Below are positions 1 through 12,900 of a stretch of 64,000 nucleotides of DNA, piece after piece. Source of the stretch: Lytechinus pictus (taxonomy: Eukaryota); assembly GCF_037042905.1 (NCBI RefSeq), contig NC_087252.1, forward strand, positions 6,760,001 to 6,824,000, written 5' to 3'. The notes beneath the pieces are model-generated. The model had not been told where the DNA came from, did no database searches, and worked only from the letters and a program-made list of their open reading frames with translations. A program made the position numbers and the translations under genes. How positions within the stretch are numbered: position 1 is the first letter of the stretch; each line of letters opens with the position of its first letter.

Positions 1-3000
1 AAAGTGCAACGTCTTTTTTCCAGACCCGGTTATTTAAAAAATTATAATGTAAGTCCAAACTAAGATACCATAATGATATTCCAGTGGAATAAAAATGAGA
101 ATCGAGCTTAGACTTTTCTCCAGACCCAGTTAATTAAAACCGGTGGAACAAATGTCTTTGTTGGTGTTTTAACTTATACGGCTCGTATTGTGAATATATA
201 CGCTAAGAGTAAATTGAGAATCAAGCGTAGTCTTTCCTCCAGACCCGGTTAATTAAAACTAAACACTAAAACCCTATAGTAATGTGTTCATATAGCGCAA
301 AGACATTTCTCTGGACCCCGGTTATTTAAAGCATTCAACAAATCTTTTAAAAAAGACCACACAATCTTATTAATGTTGAACAACATGAAAGTCATGTAGT
401 CTATCATCCAGACCCGATTATTTCAAAATAAAAAACCTAAAACAAAACAAATACAAAGACCCTGCACTCTTGGTAATGTTGAATAACATAAAAATATAGC
501 ACAGTCTTTCCTCCAATCCCAGTTATTTCAAAATTATAAATAACAGTTTAAAAAAACAGTATAAAGACCTCATAATCTTATTAATGTTGAATAACACGGA
601 AATATAGCGTAGTCTTTCAGCCACACCCAGTTATTTCAAAATTATGAATAACAATACAACAGCAACAAAAACAGTATAAAGACCCCATAATCTTATTGAT
701 GTTGAATAAAATGGGAATATAGGGTAGTCTTTCCTCCAAACCCTGTTATTCAAAAATTATAAATAACAATACAACAACAATCCAAAACAGTATAAAGACC
801 CCATTATCTTATTAATGCTGAATAACATGGAAATATTGCGCAGTCTTTCAGTCAGACCCAGTTATTTTTTTTTTCAAAATAACGCTAATAGTAATAATTA
901 AAAAAAATCTAAATCTAATACCAAACAATCCTTCAACCTAAGAACCCGTTTAAAAAGAGGTTTAGAGCGTTGTCTTTATTCCAGACCTAATCATTAAAAA
1001 AATTCTAACGAAAGACCCTATCATATTCTTATTCTTCTGGAATAACACGAGTTTTAAAACGTACTCTTTTCTAAAACGAATACCCAATAATCTAATTACT
1101 GTGGAATAAAATGAAGCTCGATTGTAGGAGGCCGGGGAGCATTTCATGAAATGAGTTGCCTGACGTTTTATCCGACAAGTCTCATTTTATCCGACATTTA
1201 CCATGGAAGCACTGCTTCTTAGCCAATAAACATCAATGAAAGTTGTCGGATCTGACAACTTGTCGGACATAAAATTGTTGATGCAATGCTCCCCAATCAT
1301 CTTATTCATGTTGAACAGGCACAATAACATGATTGAGTCCTAGTTATGAAGATTTCATTTATCTTATGTTTGACAATGACAAGGTATTGAATAAAGAAAA
1401 CTTTATTTAGTTTGAAGGATTGTTGGGTCTTAGAATCTGTTATTCTTAAATGATTTTTGTTATTTTAAAATTATTGGGTCTGGAGGAACGACTACGCAAT
1501 TTCTCCATGTTAAAAAGACGAGAAAAATGAATATAAAAAAACGAAAAGAGAAATAAAAGAAGAAGGAAACGAAAAAAAGAGAAAAGAATTAGACATAAGA
1601 GAGAAGAAAAAAGAAAAGTAAGAAAAGAAAAGAACAAGAAAAAAGGAAAAGCATAAGAAAATAAAGAAAACAGAAAAAAGAAAGGAAACTAAAAGAAAAG
1701 AAAGTAAAAGAGGTGGGAAAAAAGAAAAGACAAAGAAAAAACAAAAGGAGATAAAAATGTAACAAAATGTGAAGGAAAAAAGAGAAAGTAAAATAGAAAA
1801 ATGATGCTGAAGAGAAAGAAGTGTCCATCCTCAAAAGGAAGGCTCCAAATCAAAGCAGTGGCAAAAACAGTCATTTTCTGACTGGTTGCCAACTCAACAC
1901 AAGAGAGAATTAGAAAAAGAAGAAGTTATTCAGCATTAATAAGATAGAGGGTCTTTGTTCCTTTTTTTCTTACTTCATTTCTTTTTTTATTGTAATTTTG
2001 AAAAAAGTGGGCCTGGAAAAAAGTCTACACTATATTTCCATGTTATTCAATATCAATAAGATTGTTGGTCTTTTTTTGTATTTTATGATCTTTTTTATTC
2101 GAAATATCTGGGTCTGGAGGAAGACTGCGTATATTTCCATGTTATTCAACATCAATAGGATTATGAGATCTTTGTTTTATTATCATCTAACTTTTTTATG
2201 ATTTGTTGTTTTTAAAAACTAGTTCTTGAAGAAAGACTACGGTATATTTTCAAGTTATTCAGCATTAATGATATTGTGGAGTCTTTGTTAATATTGTTTG
2301 TTGTTTTTTATTGCTTTTTTATAATATACTATTTTGAAATAACTGGGTTTGGAGCAAAGACTACACCATATTTCCAAAATCTATATTCAAAAGCTGTGGC
2401 AAAAATAGTCAATCCTGACTGGTTGCCAACCAAGGAAAGAAGAAGAAGGAGAAGCTATTCACTGTTGAAAAGATTGCAGGGTCTTTGTTTTGTTGTTTTG
2501 TTTTCAATGATTTTTCATAACTGGGTCTGGAGGAAAGGCTACGCTATATTCCCATGTTATTCAACATAAATAAGATCGTGGGTCTTTGTTTGTTTATTAT
2601 TATTAATATATATTTATTATTTTTATTAATAATTTGTTATTTGAAACATCTGGGTCTGGATGAAAGACTTCGCTACATTTCCATATTATTTAACATTAAT
2701 AAGATAGTGGGGGTCTTTTTTATTACTATTCATTATTTTATATGTGCTATTTAAAGTATCTGGGTCTGAATGAAATATTAAGAAGAATTAATTTTGGGAT
2801 CTTTATTTGGAAGATTGTTTAAATGTTTTATATAACCGGGTCTGGAGAAAAAAGGCTGTGACTTTGCGCTATATGAACGCATTACTATAGGGTTTTAGTT
2901 TAGAACAGATTCGCCAAAAATCCCTTCAAATTTATAACATTTGTGGGTAAAGTCATTATTACATTTGTAGGTGTTATTACATTTGTGGGCGTTTATTACA

Positions 3001-3015
3001 TTTGTGGGTGTAACA
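1..3015. mobile_element. Foldback-like element with long imperfect inverted arms built of ~120-bp subunits; left end off-window
   Basis: The unit aatgttgaataacatggaaatatagcgtagtctttcctccagacccagttattt recurs on + in ~60-900 and as reverse complement in ~1400-2900. Segment 268-345 is inverted at ~2815-2897. The element ends in tandem attacatttgtggg repeats and gtgtaaca. Confidence 0.65.
1134..1294. mobile_element. Short MITE (possibly PIF/Harbinger-like)
   Basis: Imperfect TIRs ggggagcatttcatgaaa … ttgatgcaatgctcccc; internal inverted tccgacaagt/acttgtcgga. Confidence 0.6.
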
Positions 3016-3780
3016 AACCTCCCCTCCAAACATTATTCTAACATCATCCTGTACATTGAAGTTTGTACCTCTTTTACCAAAATTTCCATTGCCTTTTTTC
3101 TGTAAGCATTTTTTTTCTAGACTGTACAATTATGGAAAGTGATTACTGCTTTATTTTGTCCTTTTTTGTTGTATAGAAAGTAAAAAAAAATACGTCTACA
3201 CTCCAGACGCACACATTCACAACCACATACCACCAACAAATCCTCACCCACACTCAATGGAGTTGGCCTACCGTTGCGGACACACACTTATACACCCACA
3301 CGCTCTTATTGGCATTCAAGCACGGACAATCCGCCCCCACACACAACACACACACACGCGCGCACCTCACACAAATGAAACCACACACAAATTTGCTGTT
3401 TCACCTCTCTTCTCCCCATATATTTGGACTCTGTCATGTTGTATCTAAAATAGCTTCTGTCATGTTGTATCTAAAGTAGCTTCCCCCCTCTCTCTCTCTT
3501 TCGTTATCCTCACACACGCACCCAGAACATACATACACACTCACACACCCTCAACAACATAAACTCAAACACATACGCGCACACACCATCCATGGGCACA
3601 GAGATATTGCGCGTCTAAGGTCAAAAGCATTTTACTTCTGGACCATTATGCTCGCTATAGACCTACGTGACAAAAAAAACGTTTTTTTGAACCGAGGTGG
3701 GGTTTCAGCCATTTAATTGCAATGGAATGGAAATATATGATAAAAATGTCGGAAAGGGCATACTGGAAAGGGAAGCTTAC

Positions 3781-3945
3781 CGATGCATGTCGGGGCGGCA
3801 CTGGACCATACCCCGTCCTGGCATACAGACTGCATGGCTCCACTCAACGTGAAACCATCCTGGCAGGCGAAAGATGCTGTAGTGCCATCCTCGCTTAGAG
3901 CAATGGAACCATGTGCAGGGGTAGGCAGGACGCCGCATGTGGATT
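3781..3945 (-). CDS. Gene 1 exon 18: Sushi/CCP 2 (CGVLPTPAHGS…ASFACQDGFTLSGAMQSVCQDGVWSSAAPTC)
   Basis: Canonical CCP; ends at a G|gtaagc donor, so the gene continues beyond position 1. Confidence 0.95.
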
Positions 3946-6900
3946 CTAGGGCATAGAAATTAAAAAAACTCGTGAAACCCATGACATCAGCATACTACCA
4001 AAATATAATGAAAATAAGAAATATAAAATTAATAAGCAAAACAAAAAATAAAACAAAATAAATAGTAAGTCTATTTGGAATAGAGCAATAGTAGTTTTTT
4101 ATATTTATTTTGTTCCCTTTTAATACTATATCAGAATGAAATTCAGTGCTTAAAGAAAGAAAACAAATTCCTTGGACATTTTTTTGCCTACAAACAATAT
4201 TTAAGATAGATACAATTTTATATTCTCATTATTACGGTTATTTCCACTATCGGTATTATCTTCATCATCACTATGACCTTTTTCTTACTCCTTTTTTACG
4301 TTTATTACATATTGCAGAGGTATAGGTTGAGTTTGGGGATTGTTCCTGCACAAAGCCTACGACATTGTGCTCTTACCTATACATTCATTATCTCCTTCTG
4401 ATCCGGTCCATACAAGGCTTCTCGGTTCCATGTCATATTCACATCGCTTGAAGGATGAGCCAACCATCAATAGACCCTCATCGCAGGTAAATGTAACCTC
4501 AGCGCCTTCAAAATATTTATTCGAATCTGACGAGTACGACTTTGTGCCATTGTAAGGTGTAATCAGATACGGGCATGCGTCGACTACGTATAGGAAAGAA
4601 AAATATTATTTTTTTCAAAGATGCTACGAATTAAAAAAAAAATCTAAATTAAGACAAGTTTACCCAATCAAAAAGTTGATTTAAATGAAAACAGACAAAT
4701 TCACCAAGCATAACACTGACAATTTCATCACAATCGGATGTAAAATAAGAAAGTTATGACATTTTAAAATTTCGCTTAATTTCACAAAACATTCACATCC
4801 TTGTCGGTATGCAAATGAAGACACTGATAACATCACTCCCTATTTCTTTTGTATTTTATTATATACAATATGAAATATTCAAATGTTCTCCCTGTTGTGT
4901 AAAACAACAGGGATTAATTCCTCCATGAACATGTGCAATTAGCATTGTTTAATGCTATATGGTGCAATCAATTTGGTCCTTATTGCCAAATCTGTAAAAA
5001 AATGAAATATTTTATAATTCAAACAATAAAAGACAAACGAAATATTGAGTGATGGACATCATCAACTGTCTCATTTTCATGTCACTGAGTTGTGCATATC
5101 ACTGTTTTGTGAAAAATAAGCGAAACTTTAAAATTTCATAACTTTCTTATTTTACATCCAATTTTGATGAAATTTTCAGCATAATTGTTGTTTGATTTTT
5201 CTCTATTCATATCAATATTTTTCTGGGGTGGACTTGACCTTTAAGCCCATCTCAAGATGAGGAAGAATTTTCGAATATTGGGAGTGTGAGTTTGGAAGTG
5301 CTAAACGAATATTGCTTTGTAAGTAGTTTATTTTATCAGTGAGGCCCTTCCAGCAGTATACTTTATTTTAAAGAGGTTCTGAAAAAATAACAACATGAGG
5401 AAGACAAGCATAAAATATCCAAATCACAGTTCCGATGCAAACACATTTTAGCTTATGCATTGTATGAAACAATTCAAGATGAATAAGTAACGGGATATCT
5501 TGAAAGCAAAATTTAAAATAGCACAATTATTGATATTTTTTTTTGTATTTTTGCAGGGATCAATTTTCAAATAAATAAAAGAGTAATACATTATATAAAC
5601 AATAATAAGATGAAATATATATAAGTAGGCCTAGATTTTAATTATAACTCTGCAAGCGTATCTGTTTTTGAATAAGAATTCCTTGCTTCCACTGGAAGCT
5701 GGTTCCATAGAACCTCGATGGGAAACCTCATGTTTTATTCTAGTAGGCTTACTTTTACGAATGTTTTCCGAGCTGCTCTCAAATTCCTCGTACGCATCCA
5801 ATGTTGCCAGGGCTAGGTCCTCATCATCATTGGACACCTCGTAGTCGAACAGACATTGGTAAACGTTGTTACATGGTAGGTAAATGGTTGGGAGAGCTAC
5901 GTTCATACGAGGAACGAATGACGTATTGTGGTAGTGGGAATGGTCCCTGTTTGACACATATCGAAATAGGTTGTAATCTGCTTCAATCTCCCCTGTAAGG
6001 AATTAAAATAGATAATAAGGTTAAGCATTAGACATGTTAGATACATGGGCGGAAATCCCTGGGGGGACAAAGTAGGGGGGGACACAATATCAGATGTCCC
6101 CCTACTATTTTTGGTCTTGGAGAAAAATGCATAATTCACAACTGAAAAATACATGTGATATGAAGCAAATTACCTTTTGTTTGCTTGTCAATTTTCCAGC
6201 CCCTGGTCCCCCATAACTTTGGGGAAAGATTTCCGCCCATGGTGGAATTCGAGAAGATTATAACTCAGCGTTAGTAATAAACTCTACATTAGATTTGCAC
6301 TCAGCGTAAGATATAAACTCAACGTAAGGAACGAACTCAACGTTAATATAACATCCAGGCTAGATTTGAAAGCAGTGTTAGATAAACTCTCAGTGCTAGA
6401 CTAGAACTCACATTATTATAGAAAGAAGCGTATGCTTAAAAACTGTCTAAAAAGGTATTTTCCGTCCCATTCTCCCCTTTTTAATGGGTCCATTTTTTTA
6501 GCATGGGCGGATCCCCGTTTTCGGAATGGGGAGGGGGATGTGTTATCGTTGTTTTTGACAAGCATGGAATGAAAAATGAAGTTGGTCATGTTTGCTATCT
6601 ACAATTGTGTCTCCCCAATAATCTAAGGAGTAAAATCTTTTTCCAATTGAAAAACATAAAAGTCTATGATAAAAAAGGGAGCTTCCGTCACTACCCAATG
6701 CCCAGGGAGGGTAATATACGTGTACATAGTGGCAATAATGGGGGGGGGGGGGGCTCTTTGTGCACCCCGACGCCCCCTTTACCGAGACTAGGACAATGGC
6801 CTGTACATTATGTTGAAGTTCCCATGATAATGTTATAAACGAGAAACACCTGCAAGAAAGTAATGTCATCATGATTTTTCTTACATGATTGGCCAAATTG

Positions 6901-9900
6901 GAAGATCTCTTCATCTGTCGGATCCTCGAGTGGGGTGTTACTATTTCTTGCCTCCAAGTCGTTGCTGGGGTCACCATCCATGTTGCCTAGCAACCCAGAC
7001 AGATGATCGCTCTAGTAAAAACATATATAAAAATGGTTTAGGAGAGAAGTAACATCAAAATTTATTTTGTAAAAATGAAAATGATGATGATAAATGTTAA
7101 AATAGTATTTTCTCGGAGTACAGGTTCTCGGTTTTGCGCGCACACTCGGCTGGGCGTACGCACGGAATAGAACGTATATATCGGTGCAAATAGATTCGTT
7201 TAATATCGTCTAGAACTAGACTACAGCCACACCAACACAACCGACTCCTAAACGACCGATTGTACATTGACCTATCCACGGAGGATTATTCTATTGCTAC
7301 TGGGGGTGATGTGACAATGCTCAGCACCAACAATAGATAATCCTCCGTGGATAGGTCCATGCGATTGTATGTCTTTGGTAATAACGTAATGCATTTGGTA
7401 GGTCTCGAGTCGGATTCACGGGTGTAACTGTGGTGAAAAGAAGCACATCTTACGTCTATTGTCGACGGCAGGATTGGTTGTACAGCAAGCATTCCGTCGT
7501 GGTAGTTGACTGCAACGCCGATACCGGTTTCTTTGAACATGACGACGACACCGTGGATCTGGACATCGAGTTTAAATTTTGTGACGCCCACGGCACAGCC
7601 TGAAGAAAAGATCGTTGAGAATCAGAAGGTTGTAAATATCACAACTATTTTACATTGTATTTATACTGTGTGTATGGATGTCCCCCCTTCGTTTTGAAAG
7701 ACTATCTCACCTTTTATTTGCTTTTTTAATTAAGCTGAATTTAAGACCTGTGGCAATATGTAACAAATATTTTAATTGGTTTCAAAATCTGATGACAAAT
7801 AAGGAATGAAAAATCCAAAATAAAAGAAAAAGAAAATAACTAACATTTAGTCTCTGCCAGGCTTTATCTTCAACATATGATTTCCAACTCTCGAAATTTA
7901 AGTAAAATTGCATACGTCATCTTTTCATCGAGCGCATGGGCTTTCAATCAAGTAAACATGACGAAGCACTCCTATTCGACTGGAATTATATTCGTTTACT
8001 AGCTGTATCGATCATCACAAAACTATCAAATCAGTAAAATTCAAAAGGCTGGGATGTTACCAAATGCATATCAGTTAAATCAGTGTAAATCATACTTTAC
8101 TGTTTTACCGGACACTGTGGCTCAGTGGTATAGTGACCGGACCACCTCGTTGACAGGAAATCGCTTGTCTACATTATAATGTAATGGGTTTCAGCAACAA
8201 ATAACTAATGCACTTAATCAGTTGTCAATCCAATTGTTTTAGTTCTTGGTAGAACATTTTTTAATAAACCCAATTTCATATAATAAAATACAAAAGAAAA
8301 AGTGGGGATGTGACATCATCAGTTTGCTCATGGAATATTCATGAAGACATGCCTAGAACTGTTTCACCGGAATAATGCAAATCTTTAAAATTCAATAGTT
8401 TTGTTATTTGTTATCCGATTTTGATCAAAATTTCTGCATTTTGCTTTGTAAATTTTACTATATTATTGAGATATGAATATCTTTAGCCTGGAGTATCCCT
8501 TTAATAACCAGCGTACAATAAACGACTTTGTTTTCCCCTGACCTTGTAAATCTCTGAAGGTCTGCTGTGAAAAGTAAACCGACTGCCATTCGGCATTGTC
8601 TTCCGTGCCCCTTCTGTAAACGTCCATACCGCTGCTGGCGCTAGCCTCCACAAAGATGGTATCCGAACCGCTGTCCTGCATGGCGACTGAAGATAGTTGG
8701 GTCGCATCAACTTTCCTACCTGGTGGTTTGAAGTAATTGAAAATTGTTTGTTTTCAGTGGCATTCGCCTCAGTTCAATTCAATCTTTATTTCAGAAATAA
8801 GATAAAACAATACAAAGAAACATTGAATGTGAGTTGATGCGAAATTAATTGCATGGCTTTACACGAAGGTTGTACAAAACATTTAAGGCTGGGTAGCCAA
8901 AAAAATTAATGAGCACAACATTAATAAGAATATTAATAATTAATTTCCTATCAGTAATAAATTAAACGTAGGAAAAAACTTATAGTACAAGAAACACGAT
9001 TTGAAAGGGTGGGGGTAAAAATGGCACAGGTCATACATTGACATCAACTGCGAGATTTAATAATCATTTACGAGAACATTTTTAACCTTTTTTAAGGAAG
9101 ATATTTATTATGAATTTGTTATAATTAGTGGCATGGCACCAGTGCTAGTGTTCTCCATGGGGCATTTTTTTATTTGAAGTTATGATGTTCATGTAGGCCT
9201 ATATTGTTGGTTGATGTAATTTTGCTAATTCAAAAGTAATGTATGGCAATATCCTTTTTTTCTCCTTAGGCCAAAGTGTCATAATAAACTAAAAAAAAAC
9301 AAAAAAAATAATCATCTAACCTTTAACATATTTAAGAATGAGCAATGCCAATTTCAAGAGAGATATCTGCTATCCTAGCGTTAACAGTGTTGGCGAAATG
9401 AAATCATCTTACCGTTTATATCAAGTATCTTTATCTGTCGCCCCTGGAGCTCGAAGTCAAATGGACCTGTCTTAGTCCCACTCATAGCATATCGAAGAAG
9501 GGTGTACTCCCCGAGTCCGTTGAATGTGAAGTTAGTCCTATCCATTGTGATATAATGGGGATCTCCAAACGACAATGCTGCAATAATAATGAGGATAGGA
9601 GAGTGACCATATAAACATAAGTATACATTGGTAAAAATAAATGAGATGGGGTAGAAGAAAAGAAGGTAAGAACGATGAGGGGGTGGATAATACTGAATAA
9701 GCAAGTGAATATTGAGGAGGAGGATAGATGAGAATAATGAAGATGGAAAATGACAAGGAGTCGAAGCAGAATAAGAAACAAGCAGAAAAAAGAAAATCTT
9801 AGAAGAACAAGAAAATCAACAAAGAACAAGGAAAAAAGAATGAAATAGATTAATTAAGTAAAAAAGGAAAAAACAAAGTACATGTAGGAGGAGAAAGACT

Positions 9901-12900
9901 AGAAAAGAAGAGGAAGAAGAAAAAGAAGACGAAGAAGAAAGCAAACGAAAGTTCAATTCAATGTAATTTAACAATTTTATAATGAAGAAAATTAAGAGAG
10001 TAATTAACACGAATAATGAGGCTCACCATTTTTTCGGGTTGTATTGACTTTCAAGCCAATCATGAAGAAAGCTACAACTGTTTGAGGTAAGTTTTAACTA
10101 TGAATGGGTAGTCTCAGAACCTGAAATGCATCGCTCAAAGTATAGCAAATAATTACGAACAGGATTACAGGGACATAATTTACCTATAGTTGGTGGTTTG
10201 TAAGCAACACAATCAATGGTTGGTCTGATTTTGGTGTATTCGAAGCATTCCTTCTCACTAGCCCATCCACAACAAAAGTGCTTGGCAATGACGTCGTTGG
10301 ACCAATGGGACAGTTCTGGAACTAGATTTCTTTGCCTGTAGGGACTTGCTCCTTGAATATGTGACCGGCCTGCCATACCTGCGTACCTCGTGTCACCAGA
10401 GTGCATGAGAAGGTTGTTTTCATCGTAGCAACATTTGGTACCGGACATAGTAATACTACTACAAAGAAAAGAGGAAAGAAAAACACTTACACGAACAAAT
10501 CGCAATAGATATTTCCTTTTCTGGGTCTTGTAACACAAAGGTTAGCGATTAATTGCTAATTTGAAAGAACATTCCTAATTAGGCTAGTCAGTTTACAGAG
10601 CAAAATACGCAACGATGATCTTAATAAGCCATTTCATTAAGTTATTAATCGCTCATATCTGTGTTAGGGCCCTGATGATAAGTAAGATGTTGCAGTTGCT
10701 TACGTATGAAGGTCAACAGAGAGAGTATGTGCCGCTAGTTACCAATCTAAGAATGGCGCAAAAATTACGGGGATCTTTGCTGCGTCATAATCCGGACAGG
10801 CGAATGTTTAGCTACATACTCGGTGCCAATGCACATCGTGGGTACAGAAGCTATATAATGTTTTAAGAAAACATATTTTCGTATTTCATATTTCGTCACC
10901 AATTGTATCAGCTACACTAAGACGACCACCGCCACCACCTATAACTAGAGTAACACCACCAATGGCTCCAACAATCACGAATAACTAGCAACTACTTGCT
11001 ATCACTACGACGTGTGAAGAAAGACGAAGTCAAGGTTAAGAGTAAGGGAAATTCAAGGCCCTGTCAAGGACCGTCTAACATTACGTCCTAGAACATTCAG
11101 AAAAGTATTTGACATTTGGCAATTTTCCAACCTTTTTATACCATCTAGAGAGATGGCTGGCCGTTTTCTGTCATTTGCCACGATCAGATGAAAATATGGT
11201 TGTCTAACAACGTTTGAGGATAAAACAATGCTTGTCTGATGTAGTGTTGTGAGACAGTAGTACCTGTATATGACAATATCTTGTCGTGAAGTGGAGCGAC
11301 AAACGGGTAGAGATCCCCCCCAAAAAAAAAAAAAATAATAATAATAATAATTAAATAAAATAAATAAATAAATAGATAAAATAAAAGAGTTGAATACAGT
11401 GACAAGAAGGGAAATAAAGAGAAAAACAAGAAATTAAAATTCAAGAAAAACAACTACAACAGAGCTATCGAGAAAAACAACGAACCTTGCATAAGCACTG
11501 AGAACGCAATATATGGCTCCTCCATTTTCCACACAATTTGCATCCGGGTTAAGAGTATTGCAGGCGGGGTCGGTGACGAAGGTCCCTACATCTTGTGTTG
11601 CCTGTTCTAAGGTGCACGGACAAGCCGGAAGGTTCTAAAATGGGAATGCATAAAATGTCTTTATCACTATTATTTTTGGAGTCACCTGTTCCTGGGAGGA
11701 GAAAATCGTATTGAAACAGTATGACCTGCAGGTTTTCCCCTTCTCTTATACGAATGGTGCAGTGGGTTCTTAACGTACAAAGGAGGTGACTCTCTTCGGA
11801 ACTAGGCTCCCATTTAACGTCGTATCCCAGGGACGGGGTGTTTTTCACTGTAACATAACTTGCATCTATGAAAGAGGGGAGGGGCACGTTTACACACAAC
11901 GCAGGCTTCAGTTATCTGCTCCCCATGGACTCGAACTCACGAGCTTTTGTTCGACAGTCAGACGACTGAGCTAACTCACTCCCTCATCCAAAGGTGCTAA
12001 GTTCTTTGATATTCCTTTATCACCGTAAATGCTGTAACGATTCCGAATCTGGTGTTTGATGGGGTTTTTGCCTCGAGAGTGACGGTGAAATAATGTGTTT
12101 CGAGCTCAAAAGACCAAAGACTCTTGAGATCGTTATAAATGCCAATCCGAAGTGTGTTATGGTGGTCTCTGTTAATAGTGTTCACATTGGGCAAAGAGCA
12201 AGCCTACGACATCACCAGGCGATGCAACTCTGCAAAATAGAGCATCATGAATTTGACCCTTCTGGAAGCAATTGGTTTTATTAACTTAAATTTTTTTTTT
12301 TAGGATGTTTAGACAACAACAAAAAAAGCAAATTTCCATAAAAAATGTTTTTAAATTGCCGAGATGATATAGCTCTTCTAATAATTGTAATTCTTAGTTG
12401 TGATACACTTGTGGATTCGGCATACCCTGATATCCCTCATGATTTGTTTTTCGTACCTCAATAAACGGTCCTTTGGCGTCGTCTGCCGTAAGCAATTCAT
12501 TGCATTTATCTGTAGCCCACAGAACTGGGTCATCCTGATAAGACTGTTCCAATACATAGCCCAGGGGATGAATGTCACTCCATAGGACACGTTCACTACT
12601 AAAATTTAGGCAGAAAAAGTTGGAGTTTCTGGTCAGTAAAATAACACTTTTTTGCATCAATATTTGGTAAGTATTTTAGATTTAAATGCTATATGCTAGA
12701 TGCCTATATTTCCATTTATTGAAAGACTTCTATTCTGAAGTGGATGACTGTTTACAAAGGGACATACAAAACAGTAAAACATTACGCTAATATCTAACTG
12801 GGCTCTAATATACGAACTTTATTGTAAAAAAAAAATAATAATATTGTGTAGGAAGTTCAGGGTGATTTGATAATGATGTCCCTGGAATAAGAGGGTGTGG

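Noticed and set aside
1446..1892. Phe/Leu-rich 'membrane protein' ORFs (also 9482-10010, 37322-37549, 40374-40638, 57990-58241)
   Set aside because: They are translations of low-complexity purine/pyrimidine tracts.
11549..11899. 116-aa ORF as a real exon of gene 1
   Set aside because: The true AMOP exon (11486-11634) overlaps it in a different frame, and the ORF has no AMOP motifs.
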